Shown here: in pieces, positions 48,947-62,727 of the stretch
Position numbering within the stretch: the first letter of the stretch is position 1
Layout: each line of letters begins with the position of its first letter
Source: Setoptus koraiensis
Lineage: Eukaryota; Animalia; Arthropoda
NCBI GenBank assembly: GCA_048013815.1
Contig: CM106586.1
Span: 19,344,001-19,408,000, forward strand
Length of the DNA stretch: 64,000 bases
Direction of reading: 5' to 3'
Translations under genes and position numbers: made by a program
The notes under the pieces: generated by a model
Told to the model about the DNA's origin: nothing
Database searches by the model: none
Seen by the model: only the letters and a program-made list of their open reading frames with translations

Positions 48947-49529
48947 GTGAGTGACGGCCCGCCGGCTTGGCAAGCTAAATGATGTGTGTGTGTGTGTGTG
49001 TCGTGAGCGTGAATTTATGGCCTAAATGTGAGCAGTGTGCGGTTGTAAGCGACACCGCTCGCTCCGGGGTGCGTTTGCACAACTGATTTGGGCCCATTGT
49101 TGTCATAACGGGCGGCCGATGAACTCGCGCGTCGCCGGCGCTGCGCCCAGACCCGCCAGCGAGCCACCGCAAGGCCCAGCCCGCGAGTCGAGCGGCGGAC
49201 GAGCCGGCCAGCCAGCGCAATGCGGATGGTTCCAATTTCCGTTATTCTGGCTGGCTGGCGCTTGTTGGCTCGCGTTTGACATTTGACGTTTGATGCTTGC
49301 TGTTTGACGTTTGTTGTCAGCTGTCTGACGTTTGTTGTCAGACAACAACGAGCGCCGTGTTGTTGTTGTTGTTTGTTTTTTGCTGTTTGCTGTTTGCCGT
49401 TTGTAGTCGCTGGATGCTCGCAGTCGCTTGGACGGGCATGTCATCATGGTCGCGGGACAGCGATGTCACCTAGCGGCTGCGCACCGCGGCCCGCTACTGC
49501 AGCTCGCGGTGCAACTCGATGATGCAACA

Positions 49530-49531
49530 GC

Positions 49532-49598
<67 letters not shown>
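49530..49598. repeat. (AAC)n microsatellite
   Basis: Direct reading. Confidence 0.95.
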
Positions 49599-49599
<1 letters not shown>

Positions 49600-52500
49600 A
49601 AGCAGCAACAGCACACGCGCTCGCTCGCGCCTGAATAATCGCATTAGATAATGAGCCAGCGCGCGGCTGGGGCCGGCGCGCCGATGACCGACGGGCTGAC
49701 GGGCCGACACGGGGCGTCTAGACGGGCGCTCGCCTGATGTTGTTGTATTAATAATCGCGCGTACGCAATCAAATGGAACGCGCGACTCGGGCGACGGGTG
49801 CTAACTGGCGTCGCGATATCGCCGCAACACGCTCATTTTTGCCGCGCTCGCACTCGCCGCCCGAAATCCGGATTGGGGATTTGCATTTCAAAACGAGCGC
49901 CACGCATGCCGTTGTCATGGTGATCGCGAGCGGCCCCCAGCCGAGATTTGCCGCCCGCTAACCAGTTGCTCTCGCCAGCTGTTTCCGCCAGCTTGTCGAG
50001 TCGCCTCTCGAGCCCGAGCGTGGCGCCGGCATTGCAGAATGCGCGAACATTGAACTTGAATTCTTGAGAGCCCGCGCAACAACAACAACAGAGTCAGTCG
50101 GATCATTGCGCAATATTGTCGCCGGCAACAATCGGACTGCATCAATTATTATGCAATCGCACCGCAATATGAATTGTGCAATCGCACCAAAATATGCATT
50201 GTGCAATCGCACAGCCTCCACAGGCATCTCGGTACCGCCGGGGGCCCTCCCGTTGGGCGCCATCTCACGACCAGAGCCAGAAACTAGTCACCTGGTGGTG
50301 GCACGTGTGCACTCAAAGAGTTGTCAGGTGAGCAGTGTCATGCCGAAGTGGCGCACGGATTTACGTCACAAGCAGCGGACCCGTTCGATTGAATTATTTA
50401 TCGGATTGAATTTGGCCCAGCGACGGCCCACGCAAACAGCCAATTCATTTTGTCGACAATCACACAGGTATGTGCGCGGCGTCCGAAAAAAGCGGCGCCT
50501 ATATCCGGGGCGCCGGCTTGCCGGCTCGGCTGGGCCCCATTCAACAGCAGGCCGACTTAATTAGGCCCAATTTAGCTCGATGTTCTGCTTCTGAGCGAAG
50601 TCCTAACAGTGCCAAATATTAATAGCGTCAATATTTTCTTCGTTTGCCCCGACTGTTGCCGTTCGCGGCGCCTCGGGAGCGGGCCCCCAACGACCACAGT
50701 TTCGGCTCGAGCATCAGCCGTCGATCGGCAGATGTTCGGGCCGAAATTTTCGTCAGTGGCTGACTGGCGCGAAGCGCGGAGCCAGTGCGACAATTAGGGC
50801 GCGAATAATTCATAATAATAAAGTCATGAGGGTATCGGCGACAAAAGAGTGATTTTGTCTAGGCGCTGTGGTGCGTTGGCCAATAAACTGGCTAATATAT
50901 ACTGGTGATACTGACGGCATTCGAAAATCCAGGAAACAAAAATTGCGTCCAATTAAGCGCTTCGAGGAGTGGAGACTGGCGCCAGTTGCCACCAAGCGGC
51001 AGCGTGGATTATTTGTGAAATGTGCCCAATGGATGTCCAGCCGATGGATATTTCAGCCGTGGGCCGTTGAGCCGCTTACGAAACAGAGGCAAAACAGAGA
51101 CAAAACAGAGACAAAACAGAGACAAAGCAGGGACAAAACAGGGAGCCGTTTCGTTGGGGCCCCGACAAAACGGGCCGGCTCAAGACCGACGTGCTGGTCG
51201 CGTGTGCGACAGAGCAAGGCGAATCGCGACAGCGAATTGCGACAGCGAGAGCGGGTTGCCGGATTGGCGATTGTCGGGGCCTCAACGCCATTGACTCAAT
51301 GGCAGCGAGTCAGCGGCTAGATTGGTCAGAGGGGCCAGATTGGCGGCTTTGACCAGAACAGGACAGCTACAGTGACGTGCCCCTTGACACGACACACAAA
51401 AACAGAGTGCCGCTATTAGTTTATAGGCGCTTGTTGTCGGTCACATCGCGGCTATTATTACCGGCTGGCCGCTCCGGCGGGCCCCAGAGTGCGCAAAATT
51501 GTGGCATTGTGTGTTGTCGTCAATGTTATTCTGCCGGCTTATAGCCGGCATATACGGCTGTAAAAATTGCAGCCTGTATGCAGAGTGGCCTGCATGTTTG
51601 TGTGGGCCTCTTTTAAAACAGTTCAGCGCTGGGCAAACAAACAGAAAAAATGGACACGGAGAATAGATTAAATCTGCGTGTGCCAACAGGAAGAGGGCCC
51701 CTTTTCTCGCATGAGGGTCTCTCTCATGAGACTGTCATGATGAGAGAGCGAGCAGGGGCCCACATAAACTGTCGCTGCTCATACATATTTACAACGAGCG
51801 TTCGCCACTTGCTCACGCGGTGCTCAGCGCGGCTTCCGAAACTCTGGCCTCAATTGAGCGAAAGTGTGGGGCCCAGGGGCCATCCGATATTAGAATTCCA
51901 TCGACAGCTGACACCAAGCTTGTATCGGCTTGTGACGCCGACGACGACAACAACAACAACAACCAGCCATAAATAGAATAGCTGCGCTGTGCTGTTTGTC
52001 TATTTATTATTTAGAGAGTGTAACACGTGTTTGTGTGTTTTTGTTTGTTCGTTTGTGCCAGTGCGAGTGTGCGTGTGCGTGTGCGTGTTGTACGTGTTGT
52101 ACGTGTCGTACGTGGTGGCCGTTTTATGACGCAACGCAACCTCGCGCGCCTCATCTATTGCGACAACTACCGACTGGCGGCCAGTCATGGCGACTTTAAA
52201 TAGTCTGGACTGACAGTAGGCGAGCTTGGGCAGCTCGCAGCCGGTGAGTTTAGGTCGCCCTCGCCGGCCGGCCAAGGCCGGCCAAAGAGGTCGCGAACGG
52301 CGCTAGGTGCGAGTGCGCCCGCGACAAAAGCGCCCCACGACGGACGCGAACCAGCCGCCGGCCGGATTTGATTGTGTCCACCGGGCAAACAATTACGCGT
52401 CGCCCCCTCTAGCCGATACTTAGTACTAAAACTGGCCAGCGCGATGCCGCTCGCTCTCGCGCTTATCATCAGACTGTGTAATGGGCCGGCGCGACAATTT

Positions 52501-55500
52501 GCCAACCGTTGGCGTTTACGTCTCACTCGACTGTATCTCACTCGACTGCATCTCGCTAGCAGAGCCGGCCGGCCAGCTAGTGGACGCCTCGGGAGATTAC
52601 GTCAGCCAGCATCGAGTTATTTATTGTTGTATTGTTTACAGTGGTTATCTGTGCGCGAGCGAGCCAACAAACTTTGCAATTTGGCTTACAAGATAAATCA
52701 CACGACTGCTCGTGGCACAGCTTAAATATGTATTAGGGGCCACTTCATCTTTGTGGCCGTAATCTCTGGGGCCAGCGGATTGAGTCAGCGTTGCCAGAGA
52801 CACATAAATCGATCCGCTTTGCGCGCCGCCAGCGGCTCTAGCGCTCGCTATATCCAAACACTCCGTTTGGCAGCCAGATATTGGCCGCCAGGCGGCGGCC
52901 CACTCACATCTGGCGCTGACTCCGGCGGCTATAATGGCGCTCTAAATGATTCACAAGGCCCCCGGGCCCAGCAGACAATTTTGCGTGGGTCCCCTGCCTC
53001 CGTCCGGCCCGGCGTACGTGATGTGCAAAATGTGCGCTATGGTCGCCGTTGAACTTCAACGGTTGGAGTTGGCGCCGTCGCTCAATTATCATTGACGCCG
53101 GCCAGTTACTGCCGGCCCGCTGCTCCCGCCAACTGCCCGCGCAAGCTCGACAGCTAGAGAGCTCGCAGGCACGCGAGGCGGCCAGAAACGGCGGGTTCGG
53201 GCCGGCCATGTCGGGCAGCGAGGCCGCTGTTGTCTTCATTAGGGCGAGAGCACATGCGTCTAACTGCGCTGACCACACTAATCAACTTGTAAGTCGCTAT
53301 CAATTAAGCGGCTCGGTGGGGCCGCTGTCGCGATAAGCGCCAAATCGCGCAAAGTCGCACAATGCGCCATTTGCCCGCAACGGGCGCCCTGCCCCCGTCT
53401 GGCCGCTGTGGCGTGTGTCAGTTGAATTTAATTCAAACAAGGGGCCCATCCAAATTGAATTAACGACTTGAGTGGAAACGGTTTGTTTATTAGTTTGTTT
53501 GCAGTCTCGTGCAACGCGCGACATGAGGCGCCACAAGCGGATATGATAAGCGCAAGTCCAGACATATACAGGCTGTCAGATTGTCTAGATTGTCTCGACT
53601 GTCTAGATCAACAATTTGCTTTTTTGCCAAGATCGATTGTTGTTGACGAGACGGTGCGAGTTGGCCAGTTTTGTGTGTCAGTCGCACACTGACACACAAA
53701 ACAACAATTGGTCTTATCTCTCTCGCTCTGTCTTGTGCGCCCCCCCCCCCGATAATGGGGCCAATTCAATAAATGGATTAGACACACTTATGTAACATAA
53801 GTTATATTGCGCGTAAGCTATGCCATTACACAAGTTGTGTAGCGTTACGTGTGTGGCTTCGTGCGGCTTATGTAACCTTGTGTAACTTTACTACTTATGT
53901 GCCAGTTGGTGTCACGGTGAGCCGGCCCGGCTTTTTCGGGCCGCCGACGTGACAGCGGGCCGCGCCGGGCACTTGTGTCCGCTTGGCCGCTTTAGATTGC
54001 CATTAAATGTTGCCGCCGCCGCCGCTCAAACTGCAATATTTGCCGCTGTCCGCTCAAACTGCGATATTCGCCGCTCTCCGCTCAACTGGCCGACGGTCCG
54101 CTCAACTGACCGACGGCCCGGAGTGAGCCGGATAATTGTTGTCCGTCGTGTGAGCTCCGGGCCGCTCGCCAGGCGCCGATAGAGACACCAGACACACGAA
54201 TTCCTGCGGACACGCCGAGCGAACGGTCAGCTATAATTATTGCGAGGGGGCGCACAACATGATACTGTCGTGCCAGATTAGACTGGATTTAAACTCCATT
54301 TAGACTGGCCGTTGGCGTGATGGGGCCCCGGCGCCAGTAAGCCGACTCTCGGTGGGCAAGTTGGCCGGCAGTTGACGGCCGCCCTTGGCTATGATAGGTC
54401 GGGCGGGCCCGTAGGGTTCATAGGGTTGTGTGCGTGGGCAAATGAATTATGCTCGTTGGTTATTTCGGGCAGCAACACAAAGGGCAACAATGTTGACACA
54501 GCAACAACTCCGACACATTGGGCCACAAAGCGCAACATATTGCGCCCCCCGGATAATCTAATCTATTTGGAGATGGGGCCCGGCCAGCCGGCCGGCCGGC
54601 CTAACCCAATTGAGCTGCTCAAAATGAAAACAAAATTACCAGTGGCTGCCAGCAAGTGGGCCAAGATCAGCGCACGGGGGGGGGGGCTTAAGAAAGGGAA
54701 AATCTCATTTTGTTGGCCATATTGCCAGACAACGGGGGCAATTGTGTGACACAAAACGGGGCACCCAACACCAAATGCGCGCCTAATACCCATAATCATG
54801 GCCGTTTTAAGTAGCGCATAATGATGAATGATGGGCGCGCATCGGCCCATTGTGTGCCGCTGTGATTCCGAATGCCCAAATCGCGTTACGTGTGCCTCGC
54901 CTCTGGCCCAACACCGGCCCGGCCCGCAAACGCGCGCCGGGCCGGCGCGCATACATCGCGCTACATGCCACTGTTTGTGCCCATTTCTGGCGGGGGCCCG
55001 CTCGAACAGGCCGGCCCGGCCGGCAGATGTGCGCACCAAGTGTGTTCGCACGGTTACGAGATGTGACGAGGGGGCAGGGGGGCAGGGGCCGCTCGCTCGA
55101 GCAAGCAGGAAGTTGAGCATGAAATTGAAGCAAAATTGTTTGTTGTCTTTTATCAATCTTTCCACTCTGCTCAACTGCTCTATTCAATTCGAATCGATTC
55201 ATTTCAACAATTACCGTTACGGCGGCGCCGACACCGCCGACCAGATCCCCCTGGCACGGCAAAAAATAGTGACGGCACAGGGAATTATCCCACAGTCGTA
55301 CGCCAGAGCAGCCAGAAATAACTGACGATCACTATATAATAATAATAGTGTGTTTGTGTGGGGACACGAGCGCAAAAAGAGGCGCGATTACAGCGAGTCA
55401 GCCCTCAGCTCGCCGTAATCGCCCGAACCCGCCGGCGACATTTCGGTACCTCGAGGCCTCTTTAGGCCTACCCGAGGGGGCACTTAAACAATTTTTTGCA

Positions 55501-56905
55501 ACTGCGGAAGCGAGCCGTTAGTACCCGGCGTACCTAGGCGCACCGCAGTGGCCATTAGCCGGTTAACTGGCGCGCGCTTGTCACCCAACTCTCTAAACTG
55601 GGGCCCATATTCGCAATGCGGGCGCCAAGATACAATTACCGGGCCTTTGTTTTGAGCGCAATCTGGCGAGTTGGCCAATAAAGAAGCGACGAAAATTATT
55701 TGTCGGCTTGTATGAATCATCACGGGCTCGCCACGATGATGAATGAGCCAACATTTGTGACACTCTGCGTATATTTACTGCCACACTCTGGCGGCCAGAG
55801 TGTGCGCCCCACTGGATAAAAGTAGCAATTGCTACCCGTTCACAATATCCGCAACAATGATACGCAACCATCATGTGTGTCCATTGTATTTGGGGCGATA
55901 CTGTGACAAACAGTCGGCTCAGGTGGCGCCATCTGAGTGCGATGGGTTTTATTTCAGAGATTTCTCATCGACTGGGCCTCTCAAAACAGCCACACAGCCA
56001 GATGAAAGTGGGGCCCCCATAAAGGCAAAAGAGCAAAAGCGCTGTGAGCGATTTAATGAGCGATGACTTTTGAGAGGCGACAGACGCCCCAAAAGCCGCA
56101 AGAAGCTAAAGCAAACTAATTTTTACCCCGGCGTGTGTGTATGTGCGATATAATAGCCGTTTTGTATACAGTCGGCAAGCTTGTGTCGTGTTGAATGGAG
56201 GCCAGCAAACAAAGAGTTAGCCACTGGCCAAACAACTGCGGGGGTCAATTGTCAATTGTTTGCCAGCCCTCAACGGGCCTAAAACAGGCGGACAATCGGC
56301 CCCGAATGGGCGCTAATTCCAGAGCAATGGATCGTGGCGACCAGTTAGCGACTTGCGACAAATACTGGCCGCAGCGGGCCCCTATTGTTTGTTGCTAACG
56401 AAATGGAAACAACTGCAATTGCAAACTTAAATAGCCCATCCGCTGGCACACATCGTGCTGTGCTCCAATTAAACCGACCGCACGAGCCGGCCGGAACCGC
56501 GCAGAACCCCGCGGAACCCGACGAAACCCGGAGCAAACTCAGCCAACTGTGCGGATAGTGGCCAATTTGCGCAGACTTTGCCCGCTCGACTATGCGTATG
56601 ATACAAGTGTGTTGTTTGGCCATTTGAGGCCGTCGCATTGTGGCGCCGGAATGCACAAGTGACATTCGACAAGATTGGCCTGGCGATCGAGGCGCCAGTA
56701 ATGAGGCCCCAATAAAGCCATTACAGCCGGGCCGGGCGTCTTATCGGCGATAGGCGATGGGGCCCCGGCACATTGGTTATCAATTTTGCAGCGGGCCTGG
56801 CAGCGTGGTGCTGCCGGCACAGTGGCACAGTTTTGAGTGGACGAGCGTGGGCGAGCATCCGCGAGTCGATGATCGACCGTCCAACTCGTTGGCACAAAGT
56901 GAAAC

Positions 56906-56978
56906 TGAGCAAACTCTCAGAGTGAGCAAACTGACAGAGTGAGCAAACTCTCAGAGTGAGCAAACTGACAGAGTGAGC
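56906..56978. repeat. 17-bp units alternating ABAB (34-bp dimer x2)
   Basis: TGAGCAAACTCTCAGAG and TGAGCAAACTGACAGAG alternate. Confidence 0.92.
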
Positions 56979-58113
56979 AGCTCGCCAATTGTGCGGCCCG
57001 CTGACAGCGTGTTTAGCGTATCGGCTGGCACATTATCGGATAGGTGGCATCTGTGTGATTGTTTGTTACGCAATTGCCAGACAATTGTCTAGACCGCTCA
57101 TTTGTGCGCCAGACAAGCCGCTTGCGTCCAACAAAACCGAACATCAACATCGGTCACGAGCTCATTCATTTCCGTTGTTTACTTTGGTCGCGCTCCAACA
57201 AAACTGCCAACCGCTGCCTCTATGCGGCCGGCGCGTGCACGCCACATCCATGTATCGCTGGGCCTCTATGGTCGCTCGCCAGCCAGCTCGCCAGCCAGCT
57301 CGCCAGCTAGCTTGCCAGCGAGCGTCACAGAGACTGTCACGCAGACCGCAGGGGAGACTGGGGGAGGCTGGCGGGGAGAGCGGCGCGGCTGCGAGCCAGT
57401 CGATGGCTGACAGCGATCGAGCGCGGGGGCGCTCGATGCACCGACGCACCGACGAGAGTGCGCGCCGGCAGAGAAAAATAGCCACAGCCAAAATAATTGC
57501 GTTCGTTTGTTTGCCGTTGCGGTTGTTCGACGACGACAGCAACAACATCGACAACAACAACAACAACAGCAACAACAGCAACAACAACAACAACAACTGC
57601 AACAACTGCAACAACAAGCGTCGTTGTGTTATTATCGCACGCTCAATTATTATTATCGAGGCGCTTGTATCAACGGACAACAATGCCAGCGGTGAGAGTA
57701 AACAGCGCACCGGCGGCCGGTTGGCCCCAAACGTCACCGTTGGCCCGAGCGGCCGGCCGCTCGTTGCGGTGCCCGGCCAAGAGACGACAACAGCGAGCAG
57801 ATAATATCAGGTCGACACAACACAATATCTGTCTAAATAAACGTCACGTCAACACGTGAATATGCGAATATAGGTGCGCGAGGCCCGATATCGATTGATG
57901 TCGCTGTCCACTGTTGGCTGGCTCGCGGGCGCACTGCCCGTCAAACTGCCACTGACAGCCGCCGATCCCTCTGGCGGCCAGACCCTGGCCGCCAATCTGA
58001 CCGTCACACAGTCTGACAGTCCCAGAGTCCAACGGTCGCGTTGCGTAAGCCTGCCAAGCTGCGGCCCGTAATGAGTTGTTACGTAATAATAATGTCACTG
58101 TTGTTGTTGTTGT

Positions 58114-58159
<46 letters not shown>

Positions 58160-59203
58160 GCATGTGTCCCGCTGCGTCCGCTGGGTGCGTGTGATTTGCA
58201 GCTACAACGGGGCCAATCACGGCGCACGGTGAGCGCCATTTGAATAATTATTTTCAATCTTGTATTTTGTGTTGCGTTTCAGCTTGTTTTGTCTCGTGTT
58301 TGGTCTTGTTTTGCTGCGCGTTTCGTCTTGTGTTGTCTTGCGTTCGGCTCGTCTTCGTCGTCGCGTTTCGTCCTCTCGAAAGGGGCCCAAATTGGCTGCC
58401 TGTGTGCTCAACAAACTCGCTTGTGTTGCCATCGTGTGTGTGTGTGTGTCGGTATCAGCGGCAATAACAACAATTACGTGACACACAATGCGAAGCGACG
58501 ACACCGACAAGAACGACGACACCGACAAGAACGACAAGAACGACAAGAACGACAAGAACGCGATTGCGAAGAACGCGAGCGAGAGGAACGAGAAAGAGCC
58601 ATTAGAGGCGAAAAAGTGTTGCAAGCGACAGCAATTATTAACGGCCGACGGGGCTCGCGTTGGCCCCGTCGGCCGACGCCAAATCCGCATGCTATTTATA
58701 CCAGCTATTTCTGTTGTGGGCCTGTTGTAAGCCGGCGCCAATTCAACAACAAACCTATTTGTCTTGCCCCTCCAACGGGCCCATCGCACAATGTCTAAAT
58801 GTTTATATGCGCGCGTATGTCTATATATTTATATATCCGCATGTTTGTATGCTTACACGTTTGTGTGTCTATACGTCTATACGTCTATACGTTGCCATTG
58901 TTGTGTGTGTGATCTAATTTTCACACGACGACAAATATGCTCCATCACGTACTGGCAATATGTGTGAGTGCGCCACGACAAATCTCGGCAAAGCCCGCCA
59001 ATTTCGGGCTTGCGTTTGTTGTTAATTGAGCCTCGACAATCTCGCAAACACACACACACATACACGCCAATCAGCAAGGACAATCATCTTGTTTCTGTCA
59101 ATCTAATTAACTCTTTGCAAACTGTGTGCCGTCGCATATGCGTTGGCCTCTTTTATTCACTTGTCGCCTTGTGTGGTGTGTCGATGCGCGCCAAACTAAG
59201 CAG

Positions 59204-59901
59204 CAGCCCGGCCCAAACTAGAATGGACAATAACATTGCACAACAGCAACAACGGCTAACACAATTAGCGACAAACGATCAACAACGACAGCAACAACAA
59301 CAACAACAACAACTGACCGGTGACCAATTAGACGACAGTGATTCATTGGGGCACAGCGGCGCTCAGTGCCTCGGCCAGCAGCAACAGCGAACGACATGTG
59401 ATAGCGGCACAGATTCGAAGCGACTATATTCGTTCTCGTCGACAGGACACACAAACAAACAATTAGACAATAACACAGATCACAACAACAACAACATCAG
59501 CAGCAACAGCACCAACAACAGCAACAACATCAGCGACAACAACAACAACAACCAACTGACTAATAACACCAATTTGGGCCACATATTGCGTCATCACAAC
59601 AGAGCCTCCTTGTCACCTGTGCAGTTGTCCGGTGCAGCGGCAGGTAATGCTGCAAACAGCACTGCAACTATCGCTGCTGGACCATACCAACAACAACAAC
59701 AACAACAACAGCTACAACAACAGCTACAACATCAGCTACAACATCAGCTGATTGCCAGTGCCAAATCAAAGGGTCAGCGGGCCTCTTGTACGGAGCAGTT
59801 GCAAACGCCCAAAATGCGCCAGCACCGTCTACTCAGTCACACGCATCAGCCGTCGGCGCAAGCCGCCGACCATCAGCAATCAAAGGGTTGCAAGCAATCG
59901 A
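59204..59901 (+). CDS. ANKFN1/wake-like gene, polyQ/polyN exon
   Basis: Open frame MDNNIAQQQQ...KQS; donor A|GTGAGT at 59902 (phase 1); tandem AAG/CAG/CAG acceptors at 59200, 59203 and 59206 are all phase 2. ATG 59223 could also start a shorter isoform. Confidence 0.65.
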
Positions 59902-60319
59902 GTGAGTATTGCATTATTCAATTAATTATGCAATTGATTATTCATTTGATCATTCAGTTGATCATTGAGCGCATTATTCAGTGCATTCAAGCACAACAAG
60001 TGGCACTCAACATGACAATATCACCATTCGAGAACAATCAACTTGTTGTAAAACAATTAACTGCCATCATTTGCATAATCAGTCGTCATGTAATCAGTGC
60101 AACTGGCTAGTTCAGTTGCGCACGACATGCAATCACGTTGCCTGTGACATTGTTCATTGAACATGTTTTAGCCGAATCATGTAATTAATTAATTAACTCT
60201 CTCTCTCTCTCTCTCTCTCTCTCTGCTCTTAATCTGCTTCATTGTGCATTGTGTGTCCACTGTTGTCGTGATGCACTGTTGTTGTTGTCACAATCACGCC
60301 AATCTGCCAATCTAATTAG

Positions 60320-60517
60320 AGCGCCATCTGGACAATGTCGATTGTCGTGCGGGGGCTGCGCAGCCAGCCAACAATGTCGCTCTCAGCAACACCAACCTAG
60401 ACACAGCCTCTAATCATCACCAGATCGCCGATTCGGCCACCACCGGATTTGCGGGATTTGCTAGCGGAGCCAGACGAAAGCGAACGAGCAGCAACAACTT
60501 CAATTTCGACCAGCAAG
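60320..60517 (+). CDS. wake: ANKFN1/wake-like gene, exon preceding the ankyrin repeats
   Basis: ...GARRKRTSSNNFNFDQQ, donor G|GTGAGC at 60518; acceptor TAG 60319 (CAG 60367 is an in-phase alternative). Confidence 0.7.
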
Positions 60518-60848
60518 GTGAGCGAGCGATTTGATTTTTAATATTTCATCTGACGATTGCGTAAGCTTTGATGAAACTCAAGCTTGCATAGACGCCAGCC
60601 AAGTTGACAACTGTCTCAACTGTCTTGTTTCATTATCTCTCTGTTGTATGACCCCGTTTGTTTGTCACCTTGTCTGCTCACTCGACGACATGTGACCACA
60701 TGATGGATGCGACCGACGGTTACGCCCGACCGGCGGCCCGCTTGTCCGCATTGTGCCTGCTTGGTGGATATGGGTGCGGCACCGGTGCGATGCGGTACAT
60801 TGGTGTGATACGCGCAATACCCGAAATGTGAACACTTACGCAAATTAG

Positions 60849-60927
60849 CCCTGTTTGCCGCCGTCGAGTACAGGCAATTGGTGCGGGCGAAAGCCATACT
60901 GGAATCGGGCAACGTCGATGTCAACTG
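60849..60927 (+). CDS. wake: ANKFN1/wide awake ankyrin repeat 1 exon
   Basis: ALFAAVEYRQLVRAKAILESGNVDVN matches recalled insect wake ALFAAVEHGHLDKARTILESTDVDVN; TAG acceptor, GTAAGT donor. Confidence 0.88.
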
Positions 60928-61368
60928 GTAAGTGAATCACTCGTGTGTCTCCATCCACTTTACAATGGTCTGGCTTGATTTGGGCCCCAACTCGCGCCCC
61001 AAATCAGGCCCCAACTCGGGCCCCAACTCGGGCCCCAAATCAGGCTAAAATGTCTGGCCGCCCATAACATCTATTATGTTATACACAGCGTATATCTGGC
61101 GAGCTTTTGCTCTGCCACTGTGACCTGTCTGTCTGGCTGGCTGGCCGGCTGGCTGGCCGGCAGGCTGGCGAGCGCCGGCCGAGCGCCGGCGCCACGAGGA
61201 GCGAGGCGAAGAAATGAGCCGGCCAAATCGATTAGCCGGCGCAGCGACTTGTTAGTGTGCGGCGGCCATTATCCGTCGAGGGTTAATCGCGCATGAATTG
61301 CCGCCATTAAACGTGAATGCATGAAGTGGCAGCGACGATCCGTATCCTGACGTCTCCATCCAAGGGGC

Positions 61369-61497
61369 TGCCCCAGCACAGCATAACAGGGCCCCAGCAC
61401 AGCGTAGAGGGGCCCAGCACAGCGTAGAGGGGCCCAGCACAGCGTAGAGGGGCCCAGCACAACATAACGACGCCCAAGCACGGCGTAGAGGGGCCCC
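61369..61497. repeat. 20-bp tandem repeat (GGGGCCCAGCACAGCGTAGA) x~6, outer copies degenerate
   Basis: Direct reading; no spacers. Confidence 0.9.
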
Positions 61498-62290
61498 AAA
61501 GGGCGCGACAAGCAGCTTGCTTAGCAGCAAATCAGCTCCAGACAACAAGACGGTGGCGTGTCGGCCCCTGCCGGCCGGATAAACTCAACTGGGTCAATGA
61601 GTGCGCCGGCGAAAGTTGTCGCGCCCGAGCACATTCACGCGCATGCCGGGGCCCGGACGCGGCGCCAAATGTCAGCCCAAGCGGTGCCCAAGCAGCAGCT
61701 CGACACCTTCACCTTTGCTGGTGTGGAGATTTCGCGCGCAGCCGGTCGCCGGTGTCCGTGTGAATCGCTGCGCTTGATTCGCGGGGCCCCCGAGCGAAGC
61801 CCGCCAAGACACAACAAAACACGGCCCACTGGTCAGCCATACGTAACGTGGTGCGAACTAGGTTTCCATGGCGACCCATTGTGAGCAGCGGCGCCTGATG
61901 CCATAATGAGCACACTGGCAACAATAACAACATCAACGGGGCCCCAAAGAAGCAAACAAGTGCGACACATCGTCGTTTAATGATGGCCGTTTGTCAATGT
62001 AGCCATTTATCACTTTGTTACACTGTGTCTGGCCCGTCAAGCCAGTTTGTCTGTGTGGCTTGTATTGGCAGTTTGTCACAGTGGCGACACACTGTGACAA
62101 ACTGTGCGACAAACTGTGTGGGCGAAAGAGCGACTTCCGGTCACGGCTTGCCATTGTTCGGGGGCGCAATCTACAATCTGGTGGGTGGCGCGATCGATTG
62201 GCTGGCCTACTGAGGGCCACTGGAGGCGACACAGCTGACGCTGAAACTGACAATGAGCGGCTCGAAGCGCCACCCGAAGCGCAGCCCCAA

Positions 62291-62390
62291 AACAAAAATC
62301 CAGCCTAAAATTCAGCCAAAAATCCGGCCAAAAATCCAGCCGAAAATCCGACCGAATGTACGACCGAATGTACGACCAAAAATGCGTGCC
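62291..62390. repeat. 12-bp drifting tandem repeat (AAAATCCGGCCA to GAATGTACGACC)
   Basis: Direct reading. Confidence 0.85.
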
Positions 62391-62623
62391 CTGAAATTGA
62401 AAATGGGGCGCAGCCCCCTCGCGGCGCGCACCGGCAAGCGAGCGTCGTGCAGAAATAAATAGAGCGAAACATTTTGTTTTGGTGGCGCCCCCGCGCACCA
62501 CGCTGCTCATTTGGCTCCCTCTATCATTGTCCATTATCGACCGTCTATTATCGACTGTCTATTATCGAGGCTCTATTATCGATTGTCCTTCATCGATTGT
62601 CTATTTCATTATCGCCCCGCCAG

Positions 62624-62727
62624 TCTCAACAGTTACCGGCTGACGTGCCTGGACGTGGCAGTGTTAACGCGCAACGTGGATATGGTGACACTGTTGCAAC
62701 GGTACAACGCTAAGGAGAGCTCAGCCT
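62624..62727 (+). CDS. wake: ANKFN1/wide awake ankyrin repeat 2 exon
   Basis: CLNSYRLTCLDVAVLTRNVDMVTLLQRYNAKESSA matches recalled ANKFN1 NSEGLTPLDIAIMTNNVPIARILLRTGARESPH; phases 2 and 1 fit the neighbouring exons. Confidence 0.88.

Noticed and set aside
50064-50327. Candidate extra wake exon ending at CAG|GTGAGC
   Set aside because: Needs a GAG acceptor and ends in phase 0, which does not fit the phase-2 acceptor at 59204.
56989-58798. 271-aa and neighbouring polyN/DKN ORFs
   Set aside because: Microsatellite-driven open frames on both strands with non-ATG starts and no convincing splice pairs.
41059-61497. 20-24-bp repeat arrays as possible CRISPR
   Set aside because: Units are directly adjacent with no unique spacers, there are no cas genes, and the context is eukaryotic.
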